Below, piece after piece: positions 10,180 to 20,276 of a stretch of DNA of 64,000 bases; position 1 is the stretch's first letter; every line of letters starts with the position of its first letter. Under the pieces are notes generated by a model that worked only from the letters and a program-made list of their open reading frames with translations, ran no database searches and was not told the origin of the DNA. The DNA is from Desulfobacterales bacterium. Its GTDB lineage: Bacteria > Desulfobacterota > Desulfobacteria > Desulfobacterales > JALSRD01. The position numbers and the translations under genes were made by a program. The stretch covers positions 4,313-68,312 of the forward strand of contig JALSRD010000073.1 in NCBI GenBank assembly GCA_026984935.1, in the 5' to 3' direction.

Positions 10180-11832
10180 CTAGCTTTTGCGGAAGCGTTG
10201 CGCCAGCGGGTACCGTCGGCCGTAGCCGAAGGCTTTGGATGTGACTTTCAGACCGGGTGCGGCCTGATGCCGTTTGTACTCGTTATGATCCACCGTGCGG
10301 ACCACCCGCCGCACGGTTTTTTCGTCGAACCCCATCTGCACAAGCTCCTCGGCACTCTTTAAATCTTCGATGTAACCCTTCAGGATCGGATCCAGGATCT
10401 CATAGGGCGGCAGGTCGTCCTGATCGGCCTGGTTCGGCTTGAGCTCGGCCGAGGGCGGCTTTTCGACAATGCGCTGCGGGATGAGCGGCCGGTCCCGGTT
10501 GATGTAACGGGCCAGCTGGTAGACCAGCGTTTTGGGGACGTCCGATATCACTGCCAGGCCGCCGCTCATGTCGCCGTACAGCGTGCAGTACCCCATGGCC
10601 AGCTCGGACTTGTTGCCCGTCGAAAGCACCAGACAGCCGGTTTTGTTGGACAGCGCCATCAGGATGATACCGCGGATACGCGCCTGGATGTTTTGTTCGG
10701 TGACAGTCGGCGCGCGGGGGTCAAAATCCGGCGCCAGGACATCCAGGAAGGCGGCGAACATGGGGTCGATGGAAATGATGCGGTAGCTGACCTGCAGATT
10801 GTCGGCCAGCCGCCGGGTGTCTTCGTAGTTGTCCTGCGCCGTGTAGCGCGAAGGCATGAAAACCGTGGCGACATTTTCACTGCCCAGCGCACGCACCGCG
10901 ATGCAGGCGGTCAGGGCGGAGTCGATGCCGCCGCTCAGGCCCAGCACCACTTTCTCGAAACCGCATTTGCGGACGTAGTCCCGGGTTCCCATGACCAGTG
11001 CCTTGAGTGCACATTGTGCATCGCTGCCGGAAACAGGATGACATTCAGCGGAACCGGAACAGGGACCTTTTGCCGTATCGTAGCAGATCAGGTCTTCTTC
11101 GAAATCACGGCCGCGGGCCACCAGCTCGCCGGCAGCATCGAAAACCGCGCTGGTGCCGTCAAACAGCACGGAGTCATTGCCGCCCACCTGGTTGGCGAAC
11201 AGCAGCGGGACGTGGTATTTACGGGCGATGGCCGAAAGCATGCGCCAGCGGAATTCGCGCTTGCCCAGGTGAAACACCGAGGCCGAAATGTTGATCAGCA
11301 GGTCCATGCCCTCCCGGTTGAGCAGCTCCAGCGGATCGACGTGGTAGATGCGTTTTTTAAAGACATCCTTGTCGTTCCAGGCATCTTCGCAGATGGTCAG
11401 CCCGATGCGCAGCCCCCGGTAGACCAAAATCCGGCTCTGCCAGCCGGGTTCAAAATAGCGGCTTTCGTCAAACACGTCGTAGGTCGGCAGCAGGCGCTTG
11501 TATACCCGGTGCAGGATACGCCCGTTTTCAAAGAGCACGGCGGTGTTGAACAGCGGTTTGCCCTCGTGGTGGTCGTTGGGCTCCACCAGGCCGCAGATCA
11601 CACCGATGCCCCGGACGGAGGCGACGAGCTGCTTCAGACATGCCAGGTTGGCTTGGACGAATTCTTTTTTTTCCAGCAGGTCGCGCGGCGGATAGCCCGG
11701 AATGGACAGTTCGGGAAAAACCACCAGGCCGCAGCCCAGGCGCCTGGCGGACTGTGCCAGCGCCTTTATCTTGGCGGCATTGTGGGCAAAGTCGCCGATG
11801 ACGGGGTTTGGCTGGGCGATGGCAATTTTCAT
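10180..11832 (-). CDS. nadE: Glutamine-dependent NAD+ synthetase (nitrilase-like domain plus NAD synthase domain)
   Basis: N-terminal CN-hydrolase domain (MKIAIAQPNPVIGDF, VFPELSIPGYPP, ICEDAW). C-terminal PP-loop (VLGLSGGIDSAL). ATG at 11832. The track start at 11847 is a TTG. Confidence 0.93.
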   Translation of the reverse strand: MKIAIAQPNPVIGDFAHNAAKIKALAQSARRLGCGLVVFPELSIPGYPPRDLLEKKEFVQANLACLKQLVASVRGIGVICGLVEPNDHHEGKPLFNTAVLFENGRILHRVYKRLLPTYDVFDESRYFEPGWQSRILVYRGLRIGLTICEDAWNDKDVFKKRIYHVDPLELLNREGMDLLINISASVFHLGKREFRWRMLSAIARKYHVPLLFANQVGGNDSVLFDGTSAVFDAAGELVARGRDFEEDLICYDTAKGPCSGSAECHPVSGSDAQCALKALVMGTRDYVRKCGFEKVVLGLSGGIDSALTACIAVRALGSENVATVFMPSRYTAQDNYEDTRRLADNLQVSYRIISIDPMFAAFLDVLAPDFDPRAPTVTEQNIQARIRGIILMALSNKTGCLVLSTGNKSELAMGYCTLYGDMSGGLAVISDVPKTLVYQLARYINRDRPLIPQRIVEKPPSAELKPNQADQDDLPPYEILDPILKGYIEDLKSAEELVQMGFDEKTVRRVVRTVDHNEYKRHQAAPGLKVTSKAFGYGRRYPLAQRFRKS

Positions 11833-11906
11833 GAAGGCACACCACAATTTCGATTGATCGATGGATATTCAATTGGATGGCCAAAGCTACAATACGACAT
11901 TTGCAG

Positions 11907-11935
11907 TTGTCAACTGCCGATAATTAATCTATATT
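11907..11935 (+). promoter_or_regulatory. Candidate sigma-70-type promoter for the receiver/PEP-binding protein gene
   Basis: TTGTCA (11907-11912), a 17-nt spacer, then TATATT (11930-11935). This places the TSS near 11942 and favours ATG 11983 (GAGG 6 nt upstream) over ATG 11944 as the start. Confidence 0.4.
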
Positions 11936-11982
11936 TTCAGGTTATGAAAAACGCTTTGAGCCAATTCCGAAATGAGGCCGAC

Positions 11983-14900
11983 ATGAACCTTCCGCCGCTG
12001 CCGAGCGCCGATCAGACCGATCTTTCCTTTAAAGCTTTCTTCGAGCTGATGTCCAGGAAAGTTAACGAGATTCTGCTGCTCTCCAGTCCCTACGACGCGT
12101 TTATCATGGAGGAGGACGGGCGCCTGGCCGAACGCATCATCCAGGAGTACCAGGGGTTGAACCTCTCGCGACCGCCGCGTCTCAACCAGGTTCCCACGGC
12201 CGCCAAGGCCCTGGAAATGCTTTCGCAAAAGCACTTCGACCTGGTGATCACCATGCCGCGCGTGGATGATATGGATGCGTTTGACTTCGGCTGGGCCGTT
12301 AAAAAACTCTACCCTGATTTGCCCGTGTTTCTGCTGACCCACAACACCAGCAGTATCCTGATCGATCAGCTGAATCAGAAAAAACTGGACAACTCGGCCA
12401 TCGACAACATCTTCATTTGGGGTGGAAACGCCAACCTGCTGCTGGCGTTGATCAAGGGGGTGGAAGACCGCTGGAACGTGGCGTATGACACACGTCGCGC
12501 CGAAGTCCGGGTGATCATTCTGGTGGAGGATTCGCCGTTTTACCTCTCGCTGCTGCTGCCCCTTTTATACCAGGAGCTGGTCATGCAGACCCAGGAGCTG
12601 ATCAAGGGATCGCTCAACGAGGAGCACCGCATTTTGAGGATGCGGGTGCGTCCCAAAGTCCTGTCCGCCGGCACCTACGACGAGGCACTGGCGCTTTACG
12701 AAAAGTACAAGCCCTACCTGCTGACCGTGATTTCAGATGTGCGGTTTCCCAAAAACGGCCGTATCGATCCTGCGGCCGGCTTTAAACTCCTGTCGCATAT
12801 CAAAAAAGACAGCCCGGACCTGCCCCTGCTGATGATGAGCTCCGAGGAGCGCAACCGGGAACGGGCACGCCAGGTTCCGGCCATGTTCGTCAATAAAACC
12901 GAGCCGTCGCTGCAGAACGATCTGCGCGCCTTTTTCATCCAACACCTCGGATTCGGCGATTTTATCTTCCGCATGCCCGACGGACGTGAAGTGGGCCGTG
13001 CCGCCAATCTGCGCGCCATGGAAAAGATACTGCCCGATATCCCCGATGAATCGGTATACTACCATGCCCAGCGCAACGATTTTTCAACCTGGCTCATCGC
13101 CCGCAGTGAAATTCGCCTGGCTTCCTACCTGCGCGGCATCAAGGCCAGCGATTTTCCCAATCCCCAGGCCATTAAAGAACACCTGGCCGCCTGTATCCGC
13201 GACCGGCGCCTGCGGCGCCAGAAAGGCGTTGTGGCGGATTTCAAGGCCAGCGATTTCGACCCCGAGGCGGATTTTGTCAAAATCGGGCGCGGATCGCTGG
13301 GGGGTAAAGCCAGGGGCCTGGCGTTCATGATGAACCTGCTCCGCGAGACGGCCCGCCTGCAGACAAAATACCCCCGCATCACCATACGGGTGCCGCAGAC
13401 ACTGGTGATCTCAACCCAGGGTTTCGATGATTTTCTGGAGCTAAACCAGATGCATCATTTTGCCGAAACCGAGCTTAGCGATGAACAGGTGCTGCAGGCC
13501 TTTCTGGCGGCCGAATTTCCGAACGAACTGCGCCAGGACCTGGAGCTCTACCTTTCCCAAATCGCGCGGCACCCTCTGGCGGTGCGTTCTTCCAGCCTTT
13601 TGGAAGACGCCCAATTCCGCCCCTTTGCAGGAATGTACAAAACTTATATGCTGCCCAACAATGATCCGGATCTGGACGTGCGCCTGGAGCGTCTGATCTG
13701 CGCCATCAAGCTGGTATACGCCTCGACCTTTCTGGAGGCGCCCCGCATCTACGCCAAGACCACCGGACAGGGCATCCAGGAAGAGAAAATGGCCGTGATC
13801 ATTCAGCAGTTGACCGGCAGCCGGCACGAAGAATATTTTTATCCGGCCTTTGCAGGCGTTGCGCAGTCGTATAATTTTTACCCCGTATCCTACATGCAGC
13901 CCGAAGAGGGAATAGCGCATATCGCCCTGGGCCTGGGCAAAACCGTCGTGGAGGGACTGACGGCCCTGCGCTTCTGCCCCAAATACCCCCAGTTTTTACC
14001 CCAGTTTTCCAGTGTGGACGACATCTTGAAAAATGCCCAGAGGCGCTTTTACGCCCTGAAAATGACCGATGTGCCGGATACCTGCAGCGTTCGTGACGAC
14101 CTGACACTGGCATTGCTGGATGTGGACGATTTTGCCCATCACCCCCCGGTCCGGAAACTTTCGAGCACTTACAGCCCGCAGGACCACCGCATCCGGGATG
14201 CCGCCCAGCCGGGTGGCTACCTGGTGCTCACGTTTGCCGGGGTGCTGAAGTACGGTACCTTTCCGCTGGCCGACATCCTGACGGATATCCTGGAACTCGG
14301 CCGTACAGGTATGGGTGGACCCGTGGAGATCGAATTTGCGGTCGATTTTGCAAAAGACGCTGCCGGGAGAGACGAATTCGCCCTGCTGCAGATCCGGCCC
14401 ATGGCGCTGTGCCAGCAGGTCCAGGATGTCGAAATCCGTCCGGAGGAGATTGCATCGGCCTATTGCTACTCCAAACAGGCCATGGGCAGCAGCAAACTCT
14501 GGAACGTGGAGGATATCGTTTATGTGAAGCCGGATGTCTTTGATCCGGCGCACACCGTGGAGATCGCCGCCCAGATCAGCCGCATCAACCAAATCATTTT
14601 ACAGCAGAAGCGCAATTACCTGCTGATCGGACCGGGCCGCTGGGGATCCGCCGACCGCTGGTTGGGCATCCCCGTGGTCTGGAACGATATCTCGGCCGTG
14701 AGTGCCATCGTCGAGACCACCGCCGACAACCTCAAGGCGGACCCCTCCCAAGGCTCGCATTTTTTCCACAACATCACCTCGCTGGGCATCGCCTATCTGA
14801 CGGTCCCCGACGATGATGTCAATTTCGTCAACTGGCGGTGGCTCACCAGCCTGCCCGTCGAGAACGAATCCGAGTACGTGGCCCATGTGCGGCCACCGGC

Positions 14901-14991
14901 CGGCCTGGTGCTCAAGATCGACGGCCGGACATCCCGGGCGGTACTGATTGCGTCCGAACCCGTTGCCGGAACCTGTGAAACGCCAGTCTAG
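11983..14991 (+). CDS. Two receiver-like (CheY-fold) domains fused to a PEP/pyruvate-binding (PPDK_N/PpsA-type ATP-grasp) domain. No recognisable phosphohistidine or TIM-barrel domains.
   Basis: Receiver-like blocks (VNEILLLSSPYD...DLVITMPRVDDMDAF and VRVIILVEDSPFYL...LLTVISDVRFPKNG). A PpsA N-terminal-like block (IGRGSLGGKARGLAFMMNLL, LAVRSSSLLEDA, MYKTYML). No GGxTSHAAI-type swivel motif. The 1432-aa track ORF (from 10693) runs antisense through nadE, so its 5' part is not coding. Alternative start at 11944. Confidence 0.8.
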   Translation: MNLPPLPSADQTDLSFKAFFELMSRKVNEILLLSSPYDAFIMEEDGRLAERIIQEYQGLNLSRPPRLNQVPTAAKALEMLSQKHFDLVITMPRVDDMDAFDFGWAVKKLYPDLPVFLLTHNTSSILIDQLNQKKLDNSAIDNIFIWGGNANLLLALIKGVEDRWNVAYDTRRAEVRVIILVEDSPFYLSLLLPLLYQELVMQTQELIKGSLNEEHRILRMRVRPKVLSAGTYDEALALYEKYKPYLLTVISDVRFPKNGRIDPAAGFKLLSHIKKDSPDLPLLMMSSEERNRERARQVPAMFVNKTEPSLQNDLRAFFIQHLGFGDFIFRMPDGREVGRAANLRAMEKILPDIPDESVYYHAQRNDFSTWLIARSEIRLASYLRGIKASDFPNPQAIKEHLAACIRDRRLRRQKGVVADFKASDFDPEADFVKIGRGSLGGKARGLAFMMNLLRETARLQTKYPRITIRVPQTLVISTQGFDDFLELNQMHHFAETELSDEQVLQAFLAAEFPNELRQDLELYLSQIARHPLAVRSSSLLEDAQFRPFAGMYKTYMLPNNDPDLDVRLERLICAIKLVYASTFLEAPRIYAKTTGQGIQEEKMAVIIQQLTGSRHEEYFYPAFAGVAQSYNFYPVSYMQPEEGIAHIALGLGKTVVEGLTALRFCPKYPQFLPQFSSVDDILKNAQRRFYALKMTDVPDTCSVRDDLTLALLDVDDFAHHPPVRKLSSTYSPQDHRIRDAAQPGGYLVLTFAGVLKYGTFPLADILTDILELGRTGMGGPVEIEFAVDFAKDAAGRDEFALLQIRPMALCQQVQDVEIRPEEIASAYCYSKQAMGSSKLWNVEDIVYVKPDVFDPAHTVEIAAQISRINQIILQQKRNYLLIGPGRWGSADRWLGIPVVWNDISAVSAIVETTADNLKADPSQGSHFFHNITSLGIAYLTVPDDDVNFVNWRWLTSLPVENESEYVAHVRPPAGLVLKIDGRTSRAVLIASEPVAGTCETPV

Positions 14992-15096
14992 CGGACGGGG
15001 CGTACCTTCGGCAAAACCCTTGTAATCCACATGCCGATGCCTATATTGCATTGCGGCCCGGACAAAAAACAAATATCCAGAAGAAAATGTGAAATC

Positions 15097-16938
15097 ATGC
15101 CTGAAATGCTGAAAAATGAAGAACTGCGCAACATCGCCATCATCGCCCATGTAGATCACGGTAAAACCACGCTGGTGGATGCCATGTTCCGCCAGAGCGG
15201 CATGTTTCGCGCCGGCCAGCAGGTGGATGAACGCCTGATGGATACCCTGGATCTGGAGCGTGAACGCGGCATCACCATTGCCGCCAAGAACTGTTCGGTG
15301 GCTTGGCGGGGTGTGCGCATCAACATTATCGACACCCCGGGGCATGCCGATTTCGGCGGCGAAGTCGAACGCGCCCTGTCCATGGTAAATGGCGCCATTT
15401 TGCTGGTGGACGCTTCCGAAGGCCCGCTGCCGCAGACGCGTTTTGTCCTTAAGAAGGCCCTGCAGGCCGGTTTGAAGATCATCGTGGTCATCAACAAGAT
15501 CGACCGCCGGGATGCCCGTCCCGACGAAGTCCTCGACGAGATTTACGACCTCATGATCGATCTGGACGCCAGCGAGGATCAGCTCGAATTCCCCCTGCTT
15601 TACGCCATCGGCCGCGCGGGTATTGCGGTAAAAAACCTGGACGATGCGCACGAAAACCTGCACGTGCTCTTCGATACCATTCTCGCCGAAATCCCCAGTC
15701 CGACCCATGACCCAAAGGCCCCTTTTCAGATGCTCGTGTCCGACCTGGGGTACTCTGATTACCTGGGTCGCCTGGCCGTGGGCAAGGTGTTAAACGGCTC
15801 GGCACGCTCGCGGGACCGGCTGGTATGTATCGGCAAAGACGAACGCAGCGTGCCGCTCAAAGTGACCCAGCTGCAGGTCTACGAGGGGATGCAGCTTAAG
15901 GCGGTGGACGGGGTGCAGGCCGGGGACATCGCCGTTTTGGCCGGCATCGAACAGGTGGCTATCGGAGACACCATCTGCAACCAGCGGACGCCGCAGGCGC
16001 TGCCGCGCATCCGGGTGGATGAACCCACGGTGTCGATGAAGTTCGGTGTCAACAACTCCCCGCTGGGCGGCAGGGAAGGCAAGTACGTGCAGTCGCGCCG
16101 CATCCGGGAGCGCCTGTTGAAGGAGAGCCTGGTCAATGTGGCCATTCAGGTGGAAAAAACCGCCGACCGGGACCAGGTACTGGTCAAGGGTCGCGGTGAA
16201 TTCCAGCTGGCGATTCTGATCGAAACCATGCGGCGCGAGGGCTACGAGTTCTGTGTGGGGCGGCCTGAGGTCATCTATCGTTGGGAAGCCGGCCGCAAGC
16301 TGGAGCCTTTGGAGCGGCTGACGGTGGACTGCCAGGAAGCCTATCTGGGGGTGGTGACCGAGAGCCTCAGCCTGCGCAAGGGCAAGCTGACCAACCTGAC
16401 CAACAACGGCAAGGGGCGCGCGCGCATCGAATTTTCCGTGCCCGTGCGGGCCTTGATCGGATACCGCGACGAATTTCTAACCATCACCCGGGGTACGGGC
16501 CTTATGCACACCCTTTTCGAGGGTTATGGCGAATTCCGGGGGGACTGCCCCAGTCGTTTCAGCGGATCCATCGTGGCCGACCGCAGCGGCCATGCCGTGG
16601 CCTACGCCCTGTTCAACCTGGAGCCCCGCGGCCGGCTCTTCATCGCGCCCGGCGCGGCGGTTTACGAAGGCATGATCATCGGCGAACACAACCGCGGCCA
16701 GGATATCAACGTCAATCCCTGCAAGGAAAAGAAATTGAGTAACATGCGGGCGGCCGGCAAGGACGAGAACGTGGTGCTGTCACCGGTGCAGGCGCTGACC
16801 CTGGAGCAGGCCATCAGTTTTATCCGCGACGATGAACTGGTGGAGGTTACCCCCCGCTCCATCCGCATGCGCAAGGCCGTCCTGTCCGCCCACCGGCGCC
16901 ACGCCGAGCGCGCCACGCGTTTGAAACAGGCCAGCTGA
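15097..16938 (+). CDS. typA: Translational GTPase TypA/BipA
   Basis: G1 [14 protein letters not shown]3 [13 protein letters not shown]4 VINKIDR, plus EF-G-like domains. Start is ATG 15097 or 15106. Confidence 0.95.
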   Translation: MPEMLKNEELRNIAIIAHVDHGKTTLVDAMFRQSGMFRAGQQVDERLMDTLDLERERGITIAAKNCSVAWRGVRINIIDTPGHADFGGEVERALSMVNGAILLVDASEGPLPQTRFVLKKALQAGLKIIVVINKIDRRDARPDEVLDEIYDLMIDLDASEDQLEFPLLYAIGRAGIAVKNLDDAHENLHVLFDTILAEIPSPTHDPKAPFQMLVSDLGYSDYLGRLAVGKVLNGSARSRDRLVCIGKDERSVPLKVTQLQVYEGMQLKAVDGVQAGDIAVLAGIEQVAIGDTICNQRTPQALPRIRVDEPTVSMKFGVNNSPLGGREGKYVQSRRIRERLLKESLVNVAIQVEKTADRDQVLVKGRGEFQLAILIETMRREGYEFCVGRPEVIYRWEAGRKLEPLERLTVDCQEAYLGVVTESLSLRKGKLTNLTNNGKGRARIEFSVPVRALIGYRDEFLTITRGTGLMHTLFEGYGEFRGDCPSRFSGSIVADRSGHAVAYALFNLEPRGRLFIAPGAAVYEGMIIGEHNRGQDINVNPCKEKKLSNMRAAGKDENVVLSPVQALTLEQAISFIRDDELVEVTPRSIRMRKAVLSAHRRHAERATRLKQAS

Positions 16939-17360
16939 TGAAAATCGAATTGACGCCCATCGGAGTTGCCCATACTCCGGCGGCCGATATCCCGCGGCAC
17001 TGGTCGGTGTCCGATGTCGAAGGGGAGCTGGAAGTCTTCGAACCCTACCGGCAGGGCCTTAAAGATATCCGCCGCGGCCAGAAAATCGTGGTCCTCTTTC
17101 ACTTTGACCGCAGCCCTTCCTTCAACCCGCGGCTTCTCACACAGACGCCGCCCAACCGCCGCACGCCCAAAGGGGTTTTCAGCATCTGCTCCCCCCGGCG
17201 GCCCAACCCCATCGGCCTGTCGGTGCTGGAAGTTTTGGGTGTTTCCGGCGGCCGCATCCGGGTCAAAGGCATGGACATGTTCGACGGCACGCCGATTCTG
17301 GACATCAAGCCCCACATTGAAGATGTGTCGGACTGTCCCAGCGGGCCGCAGGAACCCTGA
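16938..17360 (+). CDS. trmO: tRNA (m6t6A37) methyltransferase TrmO/TsaA family
   Basis: IGVAHT, FSICSPRRPNPIGLSVLEV and MDMFDGTPILDIKP are typical of the YaeB/TsaA fold. The start overlaps the typA stop (TGATG). Confidence 0.85.
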   Translation: MKIELTPIGVAHTPAADIPRHWSVSDVEGELEVFEPYRQGLKDIRRGQKIVVLFHFDRSPSFNPRLLTQTPPNRRTPKGVFSICSPRRPNPIGLSVLEVLGVSGGRIRVKGMDMFDGTPILDIKPHIEDVSDCPSGPQEP

Positions 17361-17645
17361 AGACCGGTTTTAAGGGGGGGCGCTGTATGGCCTCTGGATG
17401 GCCGCCATCAGCAAAGCCGGGTACATGGCGCGGCTTTTGCCGGAATTTACCGATAAATTCCCGGCCGCCGGATTGCATTTGGCCATGCGCCGGGCCTAAG
17501 GTGCCGGCAGTGCCGACGAAAGAGAAATGAGGCGGCCTTTTGCGCCCGGCCGGGGGAACACAATTTCCGCCGGTGCGTTTCCACGAGCGGCCGCACCCGG
17601 CGGCCCTGCATTTTTATCGCCGGAAGAAAAGCGCACGCTGATCGA

Positions 17646-18623
17646 TTATTTGAGCCGCCGGGTGAGAGGCGGGGCATCGTAAGCGTCAGCCTCCAGAAAA
17701 GCCATGATCTGCGGCAGCAGCTCGTCAAGGCTGTGGGGCTGCGTCCACGTAATGTCCGCATCGGCGTTGAACCAGGTCAGCTGGCGCTTGGCATAGCGCC
17801 GCGTATCGCGCTTCATCGTCCGTAGTGCTTCATTGTAGTCCGTTCGGCCCCGGATGGCATCCACCATGTGGCGGTAGCCGATGGACTGCATGGATTTGAG
17901 ATGCGCGCCATACCCCCGGCCCAGCAGCCCCCGCACTTCCGCCTCCAGACCCCGGGCGATCATCTGCTCCACACGGGCATCGATGCGGGCGTAGAGCTTG
18001 CCCCGATCCAGCGCCAGGCCGATTTTCAGAACGGCGTAGCGTTTTTCACGAAAGCCGTGGCGCTTATGCAATTCGGAGAGCGGCCGGCCCGTGAGCTGAA
18101 AAACCTCCAGGGCGCGCAGGATGCGCAGGCTGTCGTTGGGGTGGATGCGGCGGGCCGCTTCGGGGTCGCAGGCGGCCAGCATCCGGTGCAGGCGGGGAGC
18201 GCCTTCCCGATGAAGCCTGTCTTTGAGCTCCGTGCGCAGCATTTTACTGCGGTTGCCCACGGGGAAAACGCCGTGCAAAAGGGCTTTGATGTATAGGCCG
18301 CTGCCGCCCACCACCAGGGGCACGATGCGGCGGTGATGCAGGTCAGCAATGACCTTTCGCGCGCTGCGGGCATACCGCGCGGCATCGAAGTCCTGGTCCG
18401 GGTCCACCACGTCGATCAGGTGGTGGCGCACGCGGCGCTGCTCCTGGGGGGTGGGCTTGGCGGTGCCGATGTCCATGAAACGGTAGATCTGCATGGAATC
18501 AGCGCTCACGATCTGGCCATTGAGCATCCGGCTGATGGTGATGGCGGCAGCGGTTTTGCCCACACCCGTGGGACCGCAGATCACGATGATTTTTTGCTTT
18601 GCAGGCAACATAACGCCATCCAT
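17646..18623 (-). CDS. miaA: tRNA dimethylallyltransferase
   Basis: P-loop ICGPTGVGKTAAAI, SADSMQIYRFMDIGTAKPT, GGSGLYIKALL. Candidate ATG starts at 18623 and 18611. Confidence 0.93.
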   Translation of the reverse strand: MDGVMLPAKQKIIVICGPTGVGKTAAAITISRMLNGQIVSADSMQIYRFMDIGTAKPTPQEQRRVRHHLIDVVDPDQDFDAARYARSARKVIADLHHRRIVPLVVGGSGLYIKALLHGVFPVGNRSKMLRTELKDRLHREGAPRLHRMLAACDPEAARRIHPNDSLRILRALEVFQLTGRPLSELHKRHGFREKRYAVLKIGLALDRGKLYARIDARVEQMIARGLEAEVRGLLGRGYGAHLKSMQSIGYRHMVDAIRGRTDYNEALRTMKRDTRRYAKRQLTWFNADADITWTQPHSLDELLPQIMAFLEADAYDAPPLTRRLK

Positions 18624-18636
18624 TGTCAAAATCGTC

Positions 18637-20169
18637 TCAGCGCCGCCAGGCCATCAGCTTTGCAAAGAAGGATTTTGCGAAAGGTGTCAATCGCGTGCGG
18701 TTGTACGCGTCTCCAACCTGCCGGATGGCCTCGGCCTGCGTCGGGTAAGGATGGATCGTGTTGGCGATGTGTTTCAGCCCCAAACCGTGAGTCATGGCCA
18801 ACGTCAATTCTGAAATCATATCGCCGGCGTTGGGTGCCACGATGGAGGCGCCCACGATTTTATGCGTCCCTTTGCGAACGTGAACACGTACCAGACCGTT
18901 GGTACGGCCTTCAAGAATGGATCGGTCGACTTCGCGCAACTTCCTGGTGAAGGTGTCGACTTCGATTCCCTGTCCCTGAGCCTGTTTTTCGTAAAGGCCG
19001 ACGTGGGCGATTTCCGGCTCCGTGTAAGTACACCATGGAATGGTCAGCGCGCTGGCGCTGGCCCGGCCGAAGAACAGCGCGTTTCGAATGACGATGCGTG
19101 CCATAAAATCAGCTGCGTGGGTGAATTGATAGGGTGAACAAATGTCTCCGGCCGCGTAAATATCGGGATTGCTCGTTTGCAGCCGATCATTGACCTGCAC
19201 CCCCTTATTGGTGAATGTAACGCGAGCATCCGCCAGCCCTAGATTTTCAACGTTGGGTGCGCGCCCCGCAGCGACCAGCAGTTGATCGACGACCTCATCG
19301 TAAGCTTTGCCGTGGGATTCCACGACAAGGCGGATTTTCCCGCCGTCGGTTTTTGCCAGCTGCAGTTCTTTGCCGCAGCAAAGCAGTTTTATGCCATCTG
19401 CCAGCATGGATTCCAGCACGATGCCGGCAGCATCCCGGTCCTCTTTGGGCAAAATGCCATGTGTGGTTTCCACCAAAAAGACTTCCGATCCGAGGCGTGC
19501 AAAGGCCTGGGCCATTTCACAGCCGATCGGTCCGGCACCGATGACGGCCATCCGTCCCGGCAGTTCGGTCAGGGAGAAAAGCGTTTCATTGGTCAGATAG
19601 GCCACATCATTCAAACCCTCGATGGGCGGTGCCGCCGCCCGCGCACCGGTGGCGATGACCGCCTTTTTAAAGGCCAGTCGCTGGCCGGCGACTTCAACCG
19701 TGCGGGTATCGATAAACCGGCCGGCGCCCATAAACACATCGATCCCCATGTCGCTGAAGCGCTTGACCGAGTCGTTGGGTGCAATGGATGCCCGCAGCCG
19801 ACGCATGCGCTGCATGGCTTGGCTGAAATCAACCTTGACACCATCGGGAACGTGCACACCGAATTCTCCGGCATCGCGTACGGCGGCAGCGGCGCGCGCC
19901 GCACGAATCACGGCCTTGGACGGCACGCAGCCGACATTCAGGCAGTCACCACCCATCAGGTGGCGCTCGATTAACGCCACCTTTGCCCCCAGGCCGGCCG
20001 CTCCGGCCGCGCACACGAGGCCGGCCGTTCCGGCGCCGATGACGACCAGGTTGTAGCGTGAAGCGGGTTCGGGGTTTACCCAATCCGGGGGATGAACATG
20101 GGAAACCAGTTGTTGGTTATGCGCGTCCCATGGACTTACGATACTTTGAGCGTTTTCTTCTTTGGGCAT
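18637..20169 (-). CDS. FAD-dependent pyridine nucleotide-disulfide oxidoreductase (class I; dihydrolipoyl dehydrogenase / mercuric-reductase-like, no metal-binding N-domain)
   Basis: VVIGAGTAGLVCA FAD fold, redox disulfide GGDCLNVGCVPSK, second Rossmann MAVIGAGPIGCEMA, C-terminal interface motif IHPYPTQAEA. GGGAG lies 8 nt before ATG 20169. Alternative start at 20208. Confidence 0.85.
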   Translation of the reverse strand: MPKEENAQSIVSPWDAHNQQLVSHVHPPDWVNPEPASRYNLVVIGAGTAGLVCAAGAAGLGAKVALIERHLMGGDCLNVGCVPSKAVIRAARAAAAVRDAGEFGVHVPDGVKVDFSQAMQRMRRLRASIAPNDSVKRFSDMGIDVFMGAGRFIDTRTVEVAGQRLAFKKAVIATGARAAAPPIEGLNDVAYLTNETLFSLTELPGRMAVIGAGPIGCEMAQAFARLGSEVFLVETTHGILPKEDRDAAGIVLESMLADGIKLLCCGKELQLAKTDGGKIRLVVESHGKAYDEVVDQLLVAAGRAPNVENLGLADARVTFTNKGVQVNDRLQTSNPDIYAAGDICSPYQFTHAADFMARIVIRNALFFGRASASALTIPWCTYTEPEIAHVGLYEKQAQGQGIEVDTFTRKLREVDRSILEGRTNGLVRVHVRKGTHKIVGASIVAPNAGDMISELTLAMTHGLGLKHIANTIHPYPTQAEAIRQVGDAYNRTRLTPFAKSFFAKLMAWRR

Positions 20170-20183
20170 GCATGCGCTCCCGC

Positions 20184-20276
20184 GTTTAAATTGATTTCCA
20201 GATGCCACTGGTCCAACGTCATTTCAGCCATCGGGGCATCTTGCTGCAATCCGGCGTTGTTGAACTGAATGTCGAC
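20184..20276 (-). pseudogene. Possible relic of a short-chain dehydrogenase/reductase gene (31-codon fragment)
   Basis: The reverse-strand frame reads VDIQFNNAGLQQDAPMAEMTLDQWHLEINLN. This matches the SDR NNAG ... W ... NL spacing. It sits inside a 53-codon ORF (20136-20297) with no N-terminal GxxxGxG part and no catalytic YxxxK part. Confidence 0.3.

Noticed and set aside
10693-11982. The 5' 430 codons of the 1432-aa track ORF.
   Set aside because: This part runs antisense through nadE and across the 11833-11943 intergenic region. The real gene begins at ATG 11983 or 11944, after a promoter-like element.
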